A stretch of 63,166 nt of DNA, filler included, from Octopus bimaculoides (Eukaryota): the NCBI RefSeq assembly GCF_001194135.2. It is 7 parts of 7 records of this genome, joined end to end, with 100 filler letters (N's around TTAATTAATTAA, not from the genome) between each part and the next. Parts side by side here need not be neighbours in the genome. Positions count along the whole stretch, not along the records: positions 30,665 to 40,575 come from NC_068992.1; positions 40,676 to 42,999 come from NW_026301972.1; positions 43,100 to 46,920 come from NC_068991.1; positions 47,021 to 56,587 come from NC_068983.1; 3 more parts are not named here. The stretch is one strand, 5' to 3'. Below the pieces are notes generated by a model. It saw only the letters and a list, made by a program, of their open reading frames with translations. It was not told the DNA's origin and did not search any database. Made by a program: the position numbers and the translations under genes. This document shows, piece by piece, positions 40,196 through 53,590 of this stretch (position 1 is its first letter; the number at the start of each line of letters is the position of its first letter).

Positions 40196-40573
40196 TGTTG
40201 GCACTCCGTCGCTTACGACGTCGAGGGTTCCAGTTGATCCGATCAACGGAACAGCCTGCTCGTGAAATTAACGTGCAAGTGGCTGAGCACTCCACAGACA
40301 CGTGTACCCTTAACGTAGTTCTCGGGGATATTCAGCGTTACACAGTGTGACAAAGCTGGCCCTTTGAAATACAGGTACAACAGAAACAAGAAGTAAGAGT
40401 GAGAGAAAGTTGTGGTGAAAGAGCAGCAGGGTTCGCCACCATCCCCTGCCGGAGCTTCGTGGAGCATTAGGTGTTTTCGCTGAATAAACACTCACAACGC
40501 CTGGTCTAGGAATCGAAACCGCGATCCTACAACTGCGAGTCCGCTGCCCTAACCACTGGGCCATTGCGCCTCC
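40196..40573 (-). mobile_element. tRNA-derived SINE, family C
   Basis: Minus starts GGAGGCGCAATGGCCCAGTGGTTAGGGCAGCGGACTCG..GGTTTCGATTCC and ends CGACGGAGTGCCAAC + (AC)n. Second copy at 53203-53590. Confidence 0.88.
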
Positions 40574-41393
40574 ACNNNNNNNNNNNNNNNNNNNNNNNNN
40601 NNNNNNNNNNNNNNNNNNNTTAATTAATTAANNNNNNNNNNNNNNNNNNNNNNNNNNNNNNNNNNNNNNNNNNNNATCTATCTATCTATCTATGTATCTA
40701 TCTATCTATCTATCTATCTATATCTCTATTCATCTATCTATCTGTGTGCATGTGTATACACGTATGCATAAAACTAAATAGCTGAGTCACTTTACAAACA
40801 CAATTGGATGATGAATATGTTTAGATTTCGCCCAACTCTTTTCTCACACAATGTTTGGTTGTTCAGGCATATAATTTTCAGCTCATCCGTACGTTTTTCA
40901 TTGTTTTGGTTTCTTTTTGGGGCCTTTTTTTTTTTTATATGTTTTTATTTCTATTTTCTTGTGATTTTGACTCATAACTTCCTGCCATCAGATATCTGGA
41001 CACTCCACAGTGTCAAGTGACATTCCTGCGACAAGGATGGTCTGAATGAGTAGATTTACTCCATGCTGGCGCTTGTAGGCTGAGGAGGAGCATAGAGGAA
41101 AAAGAGGAGCACTTGCCATGCTACTGTGGGGCCAATATCAGTCATAACCCAAGAGCCATCATNNNNNNNNNNNNNNNNNNNNNNNNNNNNNNNNNNNNNN
41201 NNNNNNNNNNNNNNNNNNNNNNNNNNNNNNNNNNNNNNNNNNNNNNNNNNNNNNNNNNNNNNNNNNNNNNNNNNNNNNNNNNNNNNNNNNNNNNNNNNNN
41301 NNNNNNNNNNNNNNNNNNNNNNNNNNNNNNNNNNNNNNNNNNNNNNNNNNNNNNNNNNNNNNNNNNNAAATTAACAAGTAATATTTACTGATT

Positions 41394-41775
41394 CGGCTGT
41401 GTGGTAAGAAGTCTGCTTTCCAACCACATGGGTTTAGGTTCAGTCCTCTGTGTGACACATTGGACAAGTGTCTTCTACTGTAGCCGCAGGCCGACCAAAG
41501 CCTTGTCAGTGGATTTGGTAGACAGAAACTGAAAGAAGCCCGTCGTATATATGTATATGTATATGTGTGTGTGTTTGTCCCCCAGGCATTGCTTGACAAC
41601 CGATGCTGGTGTGTTTACGTCCCCGTAACTTAGCGGTTCGGCAAAAGAGACCGATAGAATAAGTACTCGGCTTACAAAGAATAAGTCCTGGGGTCGATTT
41701 GCTCGACTAAAGGTGGTGCTCCAGCATGGCCGCAGTCAAATGACTGAAACAAGTAAAAGAGTAAAAGAGAGTAAA
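41394..41775 (+). mobile_element. SINE family A copy, CpG-intact
   Basis: Near-consensus 5' and 3' modules. Confidence 0.88.
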
Positions 41776-42039
41776 GAGCATATGTGTGTGTGTGTATGTC
41801 TGTATTTGTGTGTATGCGTCTGTTTTTGTTTCTGTGTTTGTCCCCCACCACTGCTTAACAGCCAGTGTTCGTTTGTTTATTTCACTGTTCAGTAAAAAAG
41901 GGTTTGAAAGAATAAGTACCAGGTTTGAAAAAAAATAAAAGGAATCTGCTGGTGTAGATTGGTTCAATTAAAATTCTTCAAGGCATTACTCCAGCATGAC
42001 CATAGTCCAATGAGTGAAATAAGTAAAAGAAAGATAAAT

Positions 42040-42204
42040 GTGGCTGTGTGGTAAGAAACTTGCTTCCCAACCACATTGTTCCAGATTCAGTCCCACTGCA
42101 TGGCACCTTGGGCAAGCGTCTTCTACTATTGCCTCGGGCTGCCCAAAGCTTTGTGAGTGGATTTGGTAGATGGAAACTGAAAGAAGCCTGTGTCGTGTAT
42201 ACAT

Positions 42205-42251
<47 letters not shown>

Positions 42252-42603
42252 GGGCATGGCGTTAGGAAGGGCATCCAGCTGTAGAAACTCTGACAAATTT
42301 AGATTGGAGCCTGGTGTTGCCATCCGGTTTCACCAGTCCTCAGTCAAGTCGTCCAACCCATGCTAGCATGGAAAGCGGACGTTAAACGATGATGATGATA
42401 TATGTTTGTGTGTCTGTGTTTGTCCCACTATTGCTTAACAACCAATGCTGGTGTGTTTATGTCCCCATAACTTAGTGATTCGGCCAAAGAGCCTGATAGA
42501 ATAAGTACCAGGCTTACAAAGAATAAGTCCTGGGGTCGATTTGTTCAACTAAAGGCAGTGCTCCAGCTTGGCCACAGTGAAATGGTTGAAACAAGTAAAA
42601 GAG
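42040..42603 (+). mobile_element. SINE family A copy interrupted by a family D fragment (42257-42399)
   Basis: 5' module 42040-42200; (CA)(TA)n; D tail; 3' module 42405-42603. Confidence 0.85.
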
Positions 42604-42613
42604 TATGTATTTT

Positions 42614-42847
42614 ATAATACAAACAAGATGATATTTTTTCGAATGCAAAATTTCTGTTAGAACAACAGAAATACTGGTTAAATTACCCTTACAAGGCAGA
42701 AAAGTTTGTCAACAACCAGCTATGGGAGTTTGAACCCACTTCCTTCAAGACTCCAGCAGAGTGCTTTACCATCACTCTAAACTACCCGCAGACAAATTCA
42801 TCTGCCAATTTTTATGCTAAATAGCTTATTGAACAACATGTTTGTAT
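42614..42847 (-). mobile_element. tRNA-like repeat family F copy with 5' leader
   Basis: Minus: ~58-nt leader, then GCGGGTAGTTTAG..CTGCTGGAGTCTTGAAGGAAGTGGGTTCAAACTCCC, body, and tail TTGTTTGTATTA. Confidence 0.7.
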
Positions 42848-43394
42848 AAATATAAACAAACATTTGTTTTTATTAGAAGTGTTGGGAAAGCTATTATCTT
42901 CTTATTTGTAACGTACAATACACATTTCAGTGCTTCTAATAAAAGCAAATATTCTTTTATTCTTTTATTCTTTTACTTGTTTCAGTCGTTTGACTGCGGN
43001 NNNNNNNNNNNNNNNNNNNNNNNNNNNNNNNNNNNNNNNNNNNTTAATTAATTAANNNNNNNNNNNNNNNNNNNNNNNNNNNNNNNNNNNNNNNNNNNNT
43101 ATATATATATATATATGTATGTATATATGTATTTAGCGTTTCTATAAAATAGTATATATTTCGTATAATATAATTACGTTTAGTACATGTATATACATAA
43201 GCTACGATATCTATATGTGTGTAATATATGTGTGTGTAATGTGTGCGTATATATAATGGAAATACTTAAACTTTCAACTCAAATTATGGAGGGCAGAGAT
43301 AGGAACAGAAAGCTAAAAGGGAACTACATAGCTATACATACATACATACATACATACATACATGCATACATACATGCATACATACATACATACA

Positions 43395-43428
<34 letters not shown>

Positions 43429-43562
43429 CATACATATATACATACAGATATCTATTATATACTGAGAGAAACTGACACATATAATATATATTTAAACACA
43501 TAAGCACACGAATTTACTTGTATTAGTGTGTGTATGTGTGCATGCCTGTGTACGTGTGTATA

Positions 43563-43603
<41 letters not shown>

Positions 43604-44037
43604 CTATACACACATGCACACAGAACCATAGACTTCGAGCTGTAACTAATGTCATCAGGAGAATTGCATTGAAGCGAGGTTAACAAATGAATATCTTAAG
43701 ACAGTAATCTCCACAGGCAGCTCTAGTGATATAATTTCTATCAATGTCTGTAATGTTTACAACTGGGAATCCATACAACTGATGACAAATGAAGGTCTTT
43801 TGTCTCTCTCGCAGTGCTTGACTTAGTTTATATCCGTTTAAAGCGCTCCGTGCATTCACTTTCCACTTCGTCTTTCCGTTCACTCCGTCCGTTTCTCTTC
43901 GTGTAACCATCTGTCTTTACCGTTTCCTGAGTTCGTAGCGATCTGTCATTGATAGTGACCGTCGCCCTAGGTTTCGACCGTGTCGTCAGATATTTATGTA
44001 TCTCCCACGGTTTGTGTTTGTGCGCATATGTCGTTAC

Positions 44038-44092
<55 letters not shown>

Positions 44093-44340
44093 TGTATATA
44101 CATGGGGGGGGNNNNNNNNNNNNNNNNNNNNNNNNNNNNNNNNNNNNNNNNNNNNNNNNNNNNNNNNNNNNNNNNNNNNNNNNNNNNNNNNNNNNNNNNN
44201 NNNNNNNNNNNNNNNNNNNNNNNNNNNNNNNNNNNNNNNNNNNNNNNNNNAGAGAGAGAGAGAGACACATACATATCGGTATGTATATATGTTCCACTCT
44301 TTCTCTGTTTCTATCTCCCTCTCTGTACATATATATGTGC

Positions 44341-44389
<49 letters not shown>

Positions 44390-44538
44390 TGAGTGTGTGT
44401 GTGTGTCTGTATGTGAATGCTTTCACAGTCTCGTTTTCGTGCACTTTCCATTATTACACAGACACACACACAGTTGCATACACACACATGTATATATGCA
44501 CGCATCTCTCTCTCTCTCTCTCCCAATATATATATGTG

Positions 44539-44600
<62 letters not shown>

Positions 44601-44608
44601 TGTGTGTC

Positions 44609-44641
<33 letters not shown>

Positions 44642-45128
44642 ATGTATTCATATGCATACATAGAGGGAGAAGAGGAAAAGAGTGAGTAAGATTAACGTAA
44701 GCATTAATATGGACATCTTCGCGTTAATATTGAGTTTATGAAGACAAGTTTCATGGTTATTGTTCGATAATTAATTAGAAACATAATTACACGGAGATCA
44801 TGTCAGACATGTAGATAGATTGCTTTGCCTTCCTTTCAGTATTTATATTCCTTCCACATACATCATTTTTTTTTTCTCCAAAATATCATTGAATGCGAAA
44901 TGATATAACTGTGTAAACACATTAACGTCACAATGTACAAAGATTTAGCGCAGATAAATGGCCAGATTTATTTTCTAGACGCATTCATGGCGGGTTTTCG
45001 AATTCGGTTCCACCTTGTAGTAACACTGGGCAAGTTCCTGGGTCGACTATTGCTCTGCAAGCGAATTTAGAAGACGGAACCTGTCGGTCGAAAGTACGTA
45101 CGTACGTATGTATGTATGTATGTATTTA

Positions 45129-45162
<34 letters not shown>

Positions 45163-46435
45163 NNNNNNNNNNNNNNNNNNNNNNNNNNNNNNNNNNNNNN
45201 NNNNNNNNNNNNNNNNNNNNNNNNNNNNNNNNNNNNNNNNNNNNNNNNNNNNNNNNNNNNNNNNNNNNNNNNNNNNNNNNNNNNNNNNNNNNNNNNNNNN
45301 NNNNNNNNNNNNNNNNNNNNNNNNNNNNNNNNNNNNNNNNNNNNNNNNNNNNNNNNNNNNNNNNNNNNNNNNNNNNNNNNNNNNNNNNNNNNNNNNNNNN
45401 NNNNNNNNNNNNNNNNNNNNNNNNNNNNNNNNNNNNNNNNNNNNNNNNNNNNNNNNNNNNNNNNNNNNNNNNNNNNNNNNNNNNNNNNNNNNNNNNNNNN
45501 NNNNNNNNNNNNNNNNNNNNNNNNNNNNNNNNNNNNNNNNNNNNNNNNNNNNNNNNNNNNNNNNNNNNNNNNNNNNNNNNNNNNNNNNNNNNNNNNNNNN
45601 NNNNNNNNNNNNNNNNNNNNNNNNNNNNNNNNNNNNNNNNNNNNNNNNNNNNNNNNNNNNNNNNNNNNNNNNNNNNNNNNNNNNNNNNNNNNNNNNNNNN
45701 NNNNNNNNNNNNNNNNNNNNNNNNNNNNNNNNNNNNNNNNNNNNNNNNNNNNNNNNNNNNNNNNNNNNNNNNNNNNNNNNNNNNNNNNNNNNNNNNNNNN
45801 NNNNNNNNNNNNNNNNNNNNNNNNNNNNNNNNNNNNNNNNNNNNNNNNNNNTTTATTTATCTGTAAAACAGCTAACTAAATATTCATAGTGTGTGTTTCC
45901 CCCTCCGTTCTAAGTATGCATTCTGCAGAGTAATTGGTTAATATTTATTTTATTTTATTTCTTTACACAGTTATTTATATATTTATTTATTCATTTGTGA
46001 AAAGTGCAGGATCCTGGATGTTTCAGGGTCATATCTTGTAGACATTTCGACGGGAAAGCAATTAAAATAACAACGTGCAAAGACAAACCTTTCTCCTTCA
46101 ACACCTAGGGTTGGTGTGCGGGTGGGGGAAGACGTTCAAAGATAACTAGAATCCTTATTGGCAGGTAGATACCGCAAATGAAGAAATTCCTATTTGGTAA
46201 TGCTTGAAAGAAATTGTGTCTTGGAGCGAAGAACAAGTACATATTAATGCTACTACATTCAATAATAATAATAATATTAATTCTTTCTACTATTCTTTCT
46301 GAATAATAGACTAGTCCTTGGGAGAGGACTACTCTATTTTATCGACGCCAGTATTTCATTGGTACATAATTTATCGACCACGAAAGGATGAAAGGCAAAG
46401 TCGACCTCGGCGGAATTTGATTCTGATAGTCAAAT

Positions 46436-46640
46436 ATTCTTTTCTGCTCTAGGCACAAGGCCTGAAATTTTAGGGGAGCGGGGACTACTCGATTACATCG
46501 ACCTCAGTACGCAACTAGTACTTAATTTATCAACCCCGAAAGGAAGAAAGGCAAAGTCGACCCCGGTGGAATTTGAACTCAGAACGTAAAGACGGACGAA
46601 GACGGACGAAATACCGCTAAGCATTTCGCCCGGCGTCCTA
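46436..46640 (-). mobile_element. SINE family B copy, CpG-intact
   Basis: Near-consensus. A partial copy precedes it at ~46300-46430. Confidence 0.85.
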
Positions 46641-47020
46641 GCGATTCTGATTCTGCCGGACAAATACTAACACAAGACAACATTCAATGTGTTAAATGTG
46701 ATGGGGGCTTTGAATGGTGTAATCCTAGGACACGAGATTCAGTTAAACAGTATCACAGTATGGACTGATTTCCTGTTTCCATGTATGTTAATTAGAATGG
46801 CTTGTGATGCTCCCATAGAAGAGAAAGTGCGCTGACATCATTAATTCTTATTCAGAAGCTAAAAGGTTCATTTTCGCGCCCGTTTTACACACGACAACAA
46901 TATATATATATATATATATANNNNNNNNNNNNNNNNNNNNNNNNNNNNNNNNNNNNNNNNNNNNTTAATTAATTAANNNNNNNNNNNNNNNNNNNNNNNN
47001 NNNNNNNNNNNNNNNNNNNN

Positions 47021-47096
<76 letters not shown>

Positions 47097-47225
47097 GTTC
47101 AGTAGTTTTATTTTTATAACGTGCTTTCACTTCACTACCGAGTGCAGCTCTGTGCGCCTTGGGTATGTGCTGTGGTTTGCTGTGGTGCTCTTATGGTTAC
47201 TGTATTGAAAGTGCTTTGCGTAGAC
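47097..47225 (-). mobile_element. R4/Dong 3' end
   Basis: Minus reads LRKALSIQ*, then a ~100-nt UTR and a long (TAA)n. Confidence 0.75.
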
Positions 47226-47367
47226 TGTTCGTGGGATCTTCTTTAATAGTCAGTCATCTAAAAGTGGCCTGTTGTGGTTGTAGCAGTAGTGAGTGAAATT
47301 CGTCTGAATAAATGCACAGGTAGGCACTTTTCTGAATATATAGTTTTCAATATTTGCGTGGGTTTTA

Positions 47368-47572
47368 AGGCGGTATGCTTGCAGAAACGCCAGCATGCTG
47401 GGTAAAATTCTTAGCGGTATTTCGTCTGTCTTTACGTTATAAGTTGAAATTCTGTCGAGGTCGCATTTGCCTTTTGAGATCGATAAATTTAGTACCGGTT
47501 GCGCACCGTGGTCGATCTAATCGACTGGCACCCTAACCAAAAATTTCAGACCTTGTAACTAGAGTAGAAAAG
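47368..47572 (+). mobile_element. SINE family B copy with target-site duplication
   Basis: Flanked by TTGCGTGGGTTTTA at 47354-47367 and 47578-47591. Confidence 0.85.
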
Positions 47573-47914
47573 AATAGTTGCGTGGGTTTTATTCTAAGAT
47601 CCTTGTAGTAGTGTCCTCCGTGGGGGAAGCATTCAAATGGGGGGGCGGGGTATTTAGCGATAAAATGATTCTTTGCTAATGCGCTGACTATAGGTTGCCT
47701 TGTTTCTGAATTTATAGACGGGAAAAATTCTGAAGTTCGGTTGTTATATATTTATGTGTGTTTTTGTGTCTATGTTTGTCCTCGCGCCGTCGCTTGGCAA
47801 TCGATGGTGGGGTGTTTATGTCCCCGGAAAAAGAAGCCGACAGAATAAGTACCAGGTTTACAAAGAAAAAGTCCTAGACTCAGATCATTTCCCACGTATG
47901 CGTGACATCTGTAT

Positions 47915-48410
47915 TTGGAAGCATCTTCTCTTTGGTTAATACCCCAAAGGAAGTTCTGCTGGAAGCTGCTCTTCCGCTTCAAAGACAAACTAAAAGACAA
48001 TCTGAAACAATGCAACATATCCTTTTCTTCATGGGAAAACAAAGCACCAGAACGCAGGAACTGGCACCAGTCCTGCTTCTCCTCAGTTCGAGGAGCAAAG
48101 TTGACACCAACATTGGGACCAACTTCGTGCAAGCATGAAGTTAAGTTGCTAAAATGCTGCTCCTCTAAATGGAAACTTTACTTGTCATTGTGGATTTTGC
48201 GGTACGAAGCAAAAGAGGTCTTGCCGACCACTCAAGAAAACACATAGTGAATTATCCACAAGCACTCAAGCAAATTGATTCCTCAAATTGTAAAAAAGCT
48301 TGCAATGCACCAGCAGGCCCCAAAAGACACATTCGTGTTCACAGAACATGATAAAAGCTTTATTTTCCTGAACCCATATTTGTCGTTCACAACATGAAAA
48401 TCTGACATAT
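47915..48410 (+). mobile_element. RTE-clade LINE 3' fragment
   Basis: LRFKDKLKDNLKQCNISFSSWENKAPERRNWHQSC and terminal NCKKACNAPAGPKRHIRVH* match RTE ORF ends. Short 3' UTR. Confidence 0.75.
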
Positions 48411-49214
48411 ATATAGCTTTAAAATTATTGTTTAAATAACCATTGTATACGTTTCAAAAATGGACTTACACGTTTATATAATAGATATTTGTAATCTCCT
48501 CAGTATTTAAAATTTCAATAAATATTAAAATAAAACATATACTGTTTGTTATGACCCGTTGAAGATTATAGTGATGAGAAAAGCTTATTAGACGTTAAAT
48601 ATGCAGGATGCATTCTAAGACTGAAATGTTGGTATACACAACATATGAATCGAATAATCGGTTCATTGTGAGAGAAAATTGACTTGAATATTAGGGCGGT
48701 AGAGTTTAAATAGGTGATTTAAAAATTAGGCTGGCTGCTAGTAGGAGATGTTCTCTATACCATCTATTTTGAAATGCTTCAATAAAAAACTGTTTATCGT
48801 TGAATATTTATGCACTGGGATTAAAGAAATTTAATGAAATGTGTTCATCTAGAATTGTAATTGTACTTTGATGCTCGAATATATATATATATANNNNNNN
48901 NNNTTAAAATGCTTCATTTTCTGTAGTTTATCTTGATGTATGGAAAGGCGAGGGTTGATTCTAATTACTGTTGATAATTTTCTGGTATATAAGGAGGAGT
49001 CGTATATTAAAATTTAAATTTTAACATGTAAAAGTTTTAAAATTTTAATCTTGATACTTTTGTAAAAATGTAGCTTAATCTTATACATGAACCATGCTCT
49101 GATATTCTTTGTTGAAAATAATTTAGAAACTCATTTGAGACCCTCTCATTGTGAGTTTAGATAGCGCAAATTTCGACTCAGTCTTGTAAACTACTGGTGT
49201 AAAAAGAAATGTCA

Positions 49215-49550
49215 CGTGGTTGCGTACAGGCTTCGTTGCATAGTGAGAAATTGCAAACTACGTAGTTCCGGGTTCCATTGCCATTGCGTGGCATCTAGAA
49301 TAATATATGTGTGCGAGTGTGTCTGTGTGTGTGAGTGTATGTCTTTTTGTGTTTGCGTTGGTTCCCCACCACCGCGTGACAACCAGCATTGGTTTCTTTA
49401 AGTCCCGTAACTTAGCTGTTAGACAAAAGGTTGCGATAGAATAAATACCATACTTTAAAAAATAAGTACTGTGGGTCGAATCATTTGATCCTTCAAGTCG
49501 TTTCCCCAGCATGGCAGCACTGATATGATGGAAACAAGTAAGAATCGAAA
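49215..49550 (+). mobile_element. Degenerate SINE family A copy
   Basis: Head remnant GTTCCGGGTTCCATTGCCATTGCGTGGCA, internal (TG)n, then the 3' module. Confidence 0.65.
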
Positions 49551-50429
49551 AATAATGCGCAGCAATTTCCTCAGCCGGTTGCTCTTCCAGATTATGTGGC
49601 TTTGTGATCATGTTAATACGTATTGCATTTTTTATTATTTGTAAGATTTGATAGTATTCCTAGATTAGGAATAAATCCATTGGAACTTCTACCTGCTCGA
49701 TGTCGGCTTTGTTTCAGATTTAGATATAATAGAACGAAATCCCGCCATTCCACATGAATAAATGCATTGCGTTTACTCGGAGTGATAAAAGAGGATAGTG
49801 GAAAAGTTAACATTTAATCTGACGTATTCGAGCTTTGTTTAGAGATTTTTTTTATACATATATATTTACCCCTTAAAAGATTGTAATGTATTGTTTCTGT
49901 CAAAATATTAAATAAATTAGGTTTCTTATGAATTAAAATTAGTTTTAGGATACAGTGTTCTTTACTGCCAATATTATTCCTATAATACTGTTTTGTTTTC
50001 TGTGTTGATTTTTTTTACTCGTCAATAATATCGTTGTATAACATGTATTAAACAAGAGATTATCAAAAAATGTATAAATTAATATAAGCAATACAGAATT
50101 TCATACAATNNNNNNNNNNNNNNNNNNNNNNNNNNNNNNNNNNNNNNNNNNNNNNNNNNNNNNNNNNNNNNNNNNNNNNNNNNNNNNNNNNNNNNNNNNN
50201 NNNNNNNNNNNNNNNNNNNNNNNNNNNNNNNNNNNNNNNNNNNNNNNNNNNNNNNNNNNNNNNNNNNNNNNNNNNNNNNNNNNNNNNNNNNNNNNNNNNN
50301 NNNNNNNNNNNNNNNNNNNNNNNNNNNNNNNNNNNNNNNNNNNNNNNNNNNNNNNNATCCTGGGCAGAACCAATAAAATAGTATGCGTGCATGCGTATAA
50401 TTACGCACACAGAAACAAGCATATATATT

Positions 50430-50472
<43 letters not shown>

Positions 50473-51129
50473 GTAGGGAGGTATTGCCAAAAACGGTTAA
50501 AGATTCAGGTTAAATAACTTGCGGCCTTTGTTCTGATACTTTCCCTGCTTAGTTCGAATACAGCCGAAGCTTTTAAAGTCGTCATTACCATTACCTCACC
50601 TTAATATCATACACAGAAATAATTTTTTTGTGTTTTCTCATAAACTTTTGAAGTCTAACCTGTGTGCTTTTGGAGCGATGTATAACTGAAGGAGTTTGCG
50701 TATCTCTACTTTAGTTATATATTTGCGACCTTCTTTCTTTCCTTTACTGTTTCCGCTCTTTTCTTAATGGCTACTTATTATTGTAATGTTCATAAGCAAA
50801 ATAAAAGAAATTGCATTTCCAGCTTCTGTTACAGGCGAATTCTGTTAAACTAACTTTAGACAATCTCTTGTAGTTAACGTTCAAGCAGTATTAGATTGTC
50901 TTTGCATTTTAATCATCTTCATTCTCTTCCTTCAGTAAGAAGATACTAAATTTGTTTTCAGTAAAACGACAACATATGAAAGAGTTTCCTGCATTGTCCT
51001 CAGTGATCAATCGAAATTTTTATTTGTAAAATTCAAGATATTTTATATAACAAAGAAACGACTTCATAAATAAAGTGAATGTCTAAATTAAGTCATTTTT
51101 ATTGAAATAAGTGACTTCATTAAGATTGT

Positions 51130-51401
51130 TACTAAAGTTTGTTTCAAATTCTGGTACAAGGCCTGCAGTTTCGATGGAGGAGGCATGTCGATTACATTTC
51201 AAACTCTCGACATGATGTAAGGCAAAGTTGACCTCGGCGGGATTTGAACTCAAAAAAGTAAAGACGGACGAAATGCCGCTAAGCATAATGCCCGGCGCGG
51301 TGACAATTCTACCTGCTAACCGCCTTAACTATTATTAATATTGAATGCTGATTACTTGATGAAACTTAAATATTTCGCATGAATGTTCACTCATTACGTA
51401 G

Positions 51402-51452
<51 letters not shown>

Positions 51453-51690
51453 CTTCATATGTGTGTGTTTGCGCGTGTGTGTATGTTTTTGTATGTACCA
51501 ATGTAATATTAGTTCCAAACTTTGGCACAAGGCCATTCATTACGGGGGAGTAAGTGAGCTGATTTCATCGACTCAAATACTCAAATGGTACTTATTTTAT
51601 CAACTCCGAAAGGATGAAAGGCAAATTCAACCTCGGCGGAACGAAATGACGGATGAAATACAACTGATCCTTTTTGCCCGGCGTGCTTAT
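51130..51690 (-). mobile_element. Two SINE family B copies (51130-51325, 51510-51690)
   Basis: Each has GGCAAA(G)TT(G/C)ACCTCGGCGG and TGGCACAAGG/TGGTACAAGG motifs. Confidence 0.75.
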
Positions 51691-53202
51691 TATTGTTCCA
51701 ACTCGCAGCCATATGTATCAAAGTAATATTGAAAGGATCGCTCTACACTGAGCTACATATGCATGACGCTGTTCGGTGACAAGCAAAGAAAAAAAACTGT
51801 TTTCGAACGACTCCAATGCGCGGAAGGACTCCGACACTCTACTTGGAAATGCGTAATCGGTTACCTGATATAAGAACATGCAGCTCGAACATGTTTTATA
51901 CAACTGCAACTCTACAAGAATTACACCCTCACATTACTAATAGTGTCTCTTAATTTGCAGGCACGTGCGTGTTTAACTGGAAGATGTTTATGGAATAACT
52001 TTTGAAAAATCCCATTATGAAGCTGACAAATGTATATTTGAGTTGTAAGACAGATCTCTTCTCATTCCAAAATCCCTGACACGATTTTACAATTGAATAA
52101 TTGCGTCTATAGTTCTCAGACACACGTTTGTCATATCTTGTGCTATGTTTAGTTCGGGCTGTAAATTGACATTAAGTGTGCACGCGTCTCTGGAGACGAC
52201 AGCATCCCCGAGGTAACTTTAACGATTCGGTAGTACAGTCAATCGAACTACTGCATGTTCATCCTCGAAAGCGACGGAGGATTAATTAACCTTGGCCGTA
52301 CATCTTCAAAGTTAGGGAATCTCTTTGGGGGTATTGTACAGTTATTGTAAGCAAAAATGTCAGTCGGTTACACTCCACTCATACGTAATAAACAGACCTA
52401 TTATAGTGGACACCGTGTTATTTTAATTCATATTGGTAAACCATATCCTTTTGTCCGTTCTAAGTCTAAGATTGAAAGATGTGATTTTACCGATTTTAGC
52501 TGCTATTTCTGACAGGGTGAATGAACTCCTAGAGTCTCTTATGTTATCACAAGTAATAAATGTCATTAGCTATTGGCCCTGCTTCATACAATTAGGACCA
52601 GTGCAGAGTAAGTCGCTTTTAATATCCGTTCGTCTGAATTATGGGATATGAATAACAAAAGCGTGAACAGTCGCAACCAATCAGTTATGTCTTTATATTG
52701 TGCATTATAGTGGTGTTAATCACTTTATTAGCTATCTTAGTAAATTAAATAAGCGCCAAACATGGCTAAAATAATCAATTTATACATACATACATTCATA
52801 CACACACGCACACATACATACATATATGTTAACCATGTGTTGAAAATGCGAATGCTTTTTAACATTCCAATCAATGATTATGAAAATGCTAATATTCATC
52901 TGAACATTTAATACACCTGACTATATTAATGATAATAAATATATTTCAGCAAATAACGACAAATATTAATGATATATTCAAAGTATTAATTAATCACACT
53001 AAATATGACATTTATTTCAGTGTTGTGAGAGGAAACAATGATAAAACTTCTGTTGAAGCAGATGGCTATAGCTGATGCAAAAACATTTACGATGTTTATG
53101 AGACGTATGTAATGTATTTGGAAGAATATGAATATTCTAAAATTCTGTTGAAATTCTAAACTATAAAAACTATTCATCTGAATTCTGCAATGGTACAGAT
53201 CT

Positions 53203-53590
53203 GGTGGCACTCCGTCGGTTACGACGACGAGAGTTCCAGTTGATCCGATCAATGGAACAGCTTGCTCATGAAATGAATGTGCAAGTGGTTGAGCACTTCA
53301 CAGACACGTGTACCTTTAACGTAGTTTTCGGGGGACATTCAGCGTATTACAGAGTGTGACAAAACTGGCCCTTTGAAATACAGGTACAACAGAGACAGGA
53401 AGAAAGTGTGAGAGTGAGAAACAATTGTGGTGAAAGAATATAGCAGGGTTCGCCATCACCCCCTGCTGGAGCCTCGTGGGGCTTTAATTGTATTCGATCA
53501 ATAAACACTCAGAACACCCGGTCTAGGAAACGAAACCTCGATCTTATGACCGTGAGTCCGCTGCTCTAACAACTGGGTCATTGCGCCTCC
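53203..53590 (-). mobile_element. SINE family C, second copy
   Basis: Collinear with 40196-40573. Confidence 0.85.

Noticed and set aside
40990-41100. Possible minus-strand exon after a pyrimidine tract (YKRQHGVNLLIQTILVAGMSLDTVECPDI*)
   Set aside because: Short, ends in a stop, and has no homology I can recognise or partner exons.
43660-44030. CpG-containing unique segment with short open frames on both strands
   Set aside because: No recognisable protein, and splice signals are not convincing. Needs RNA-seq.
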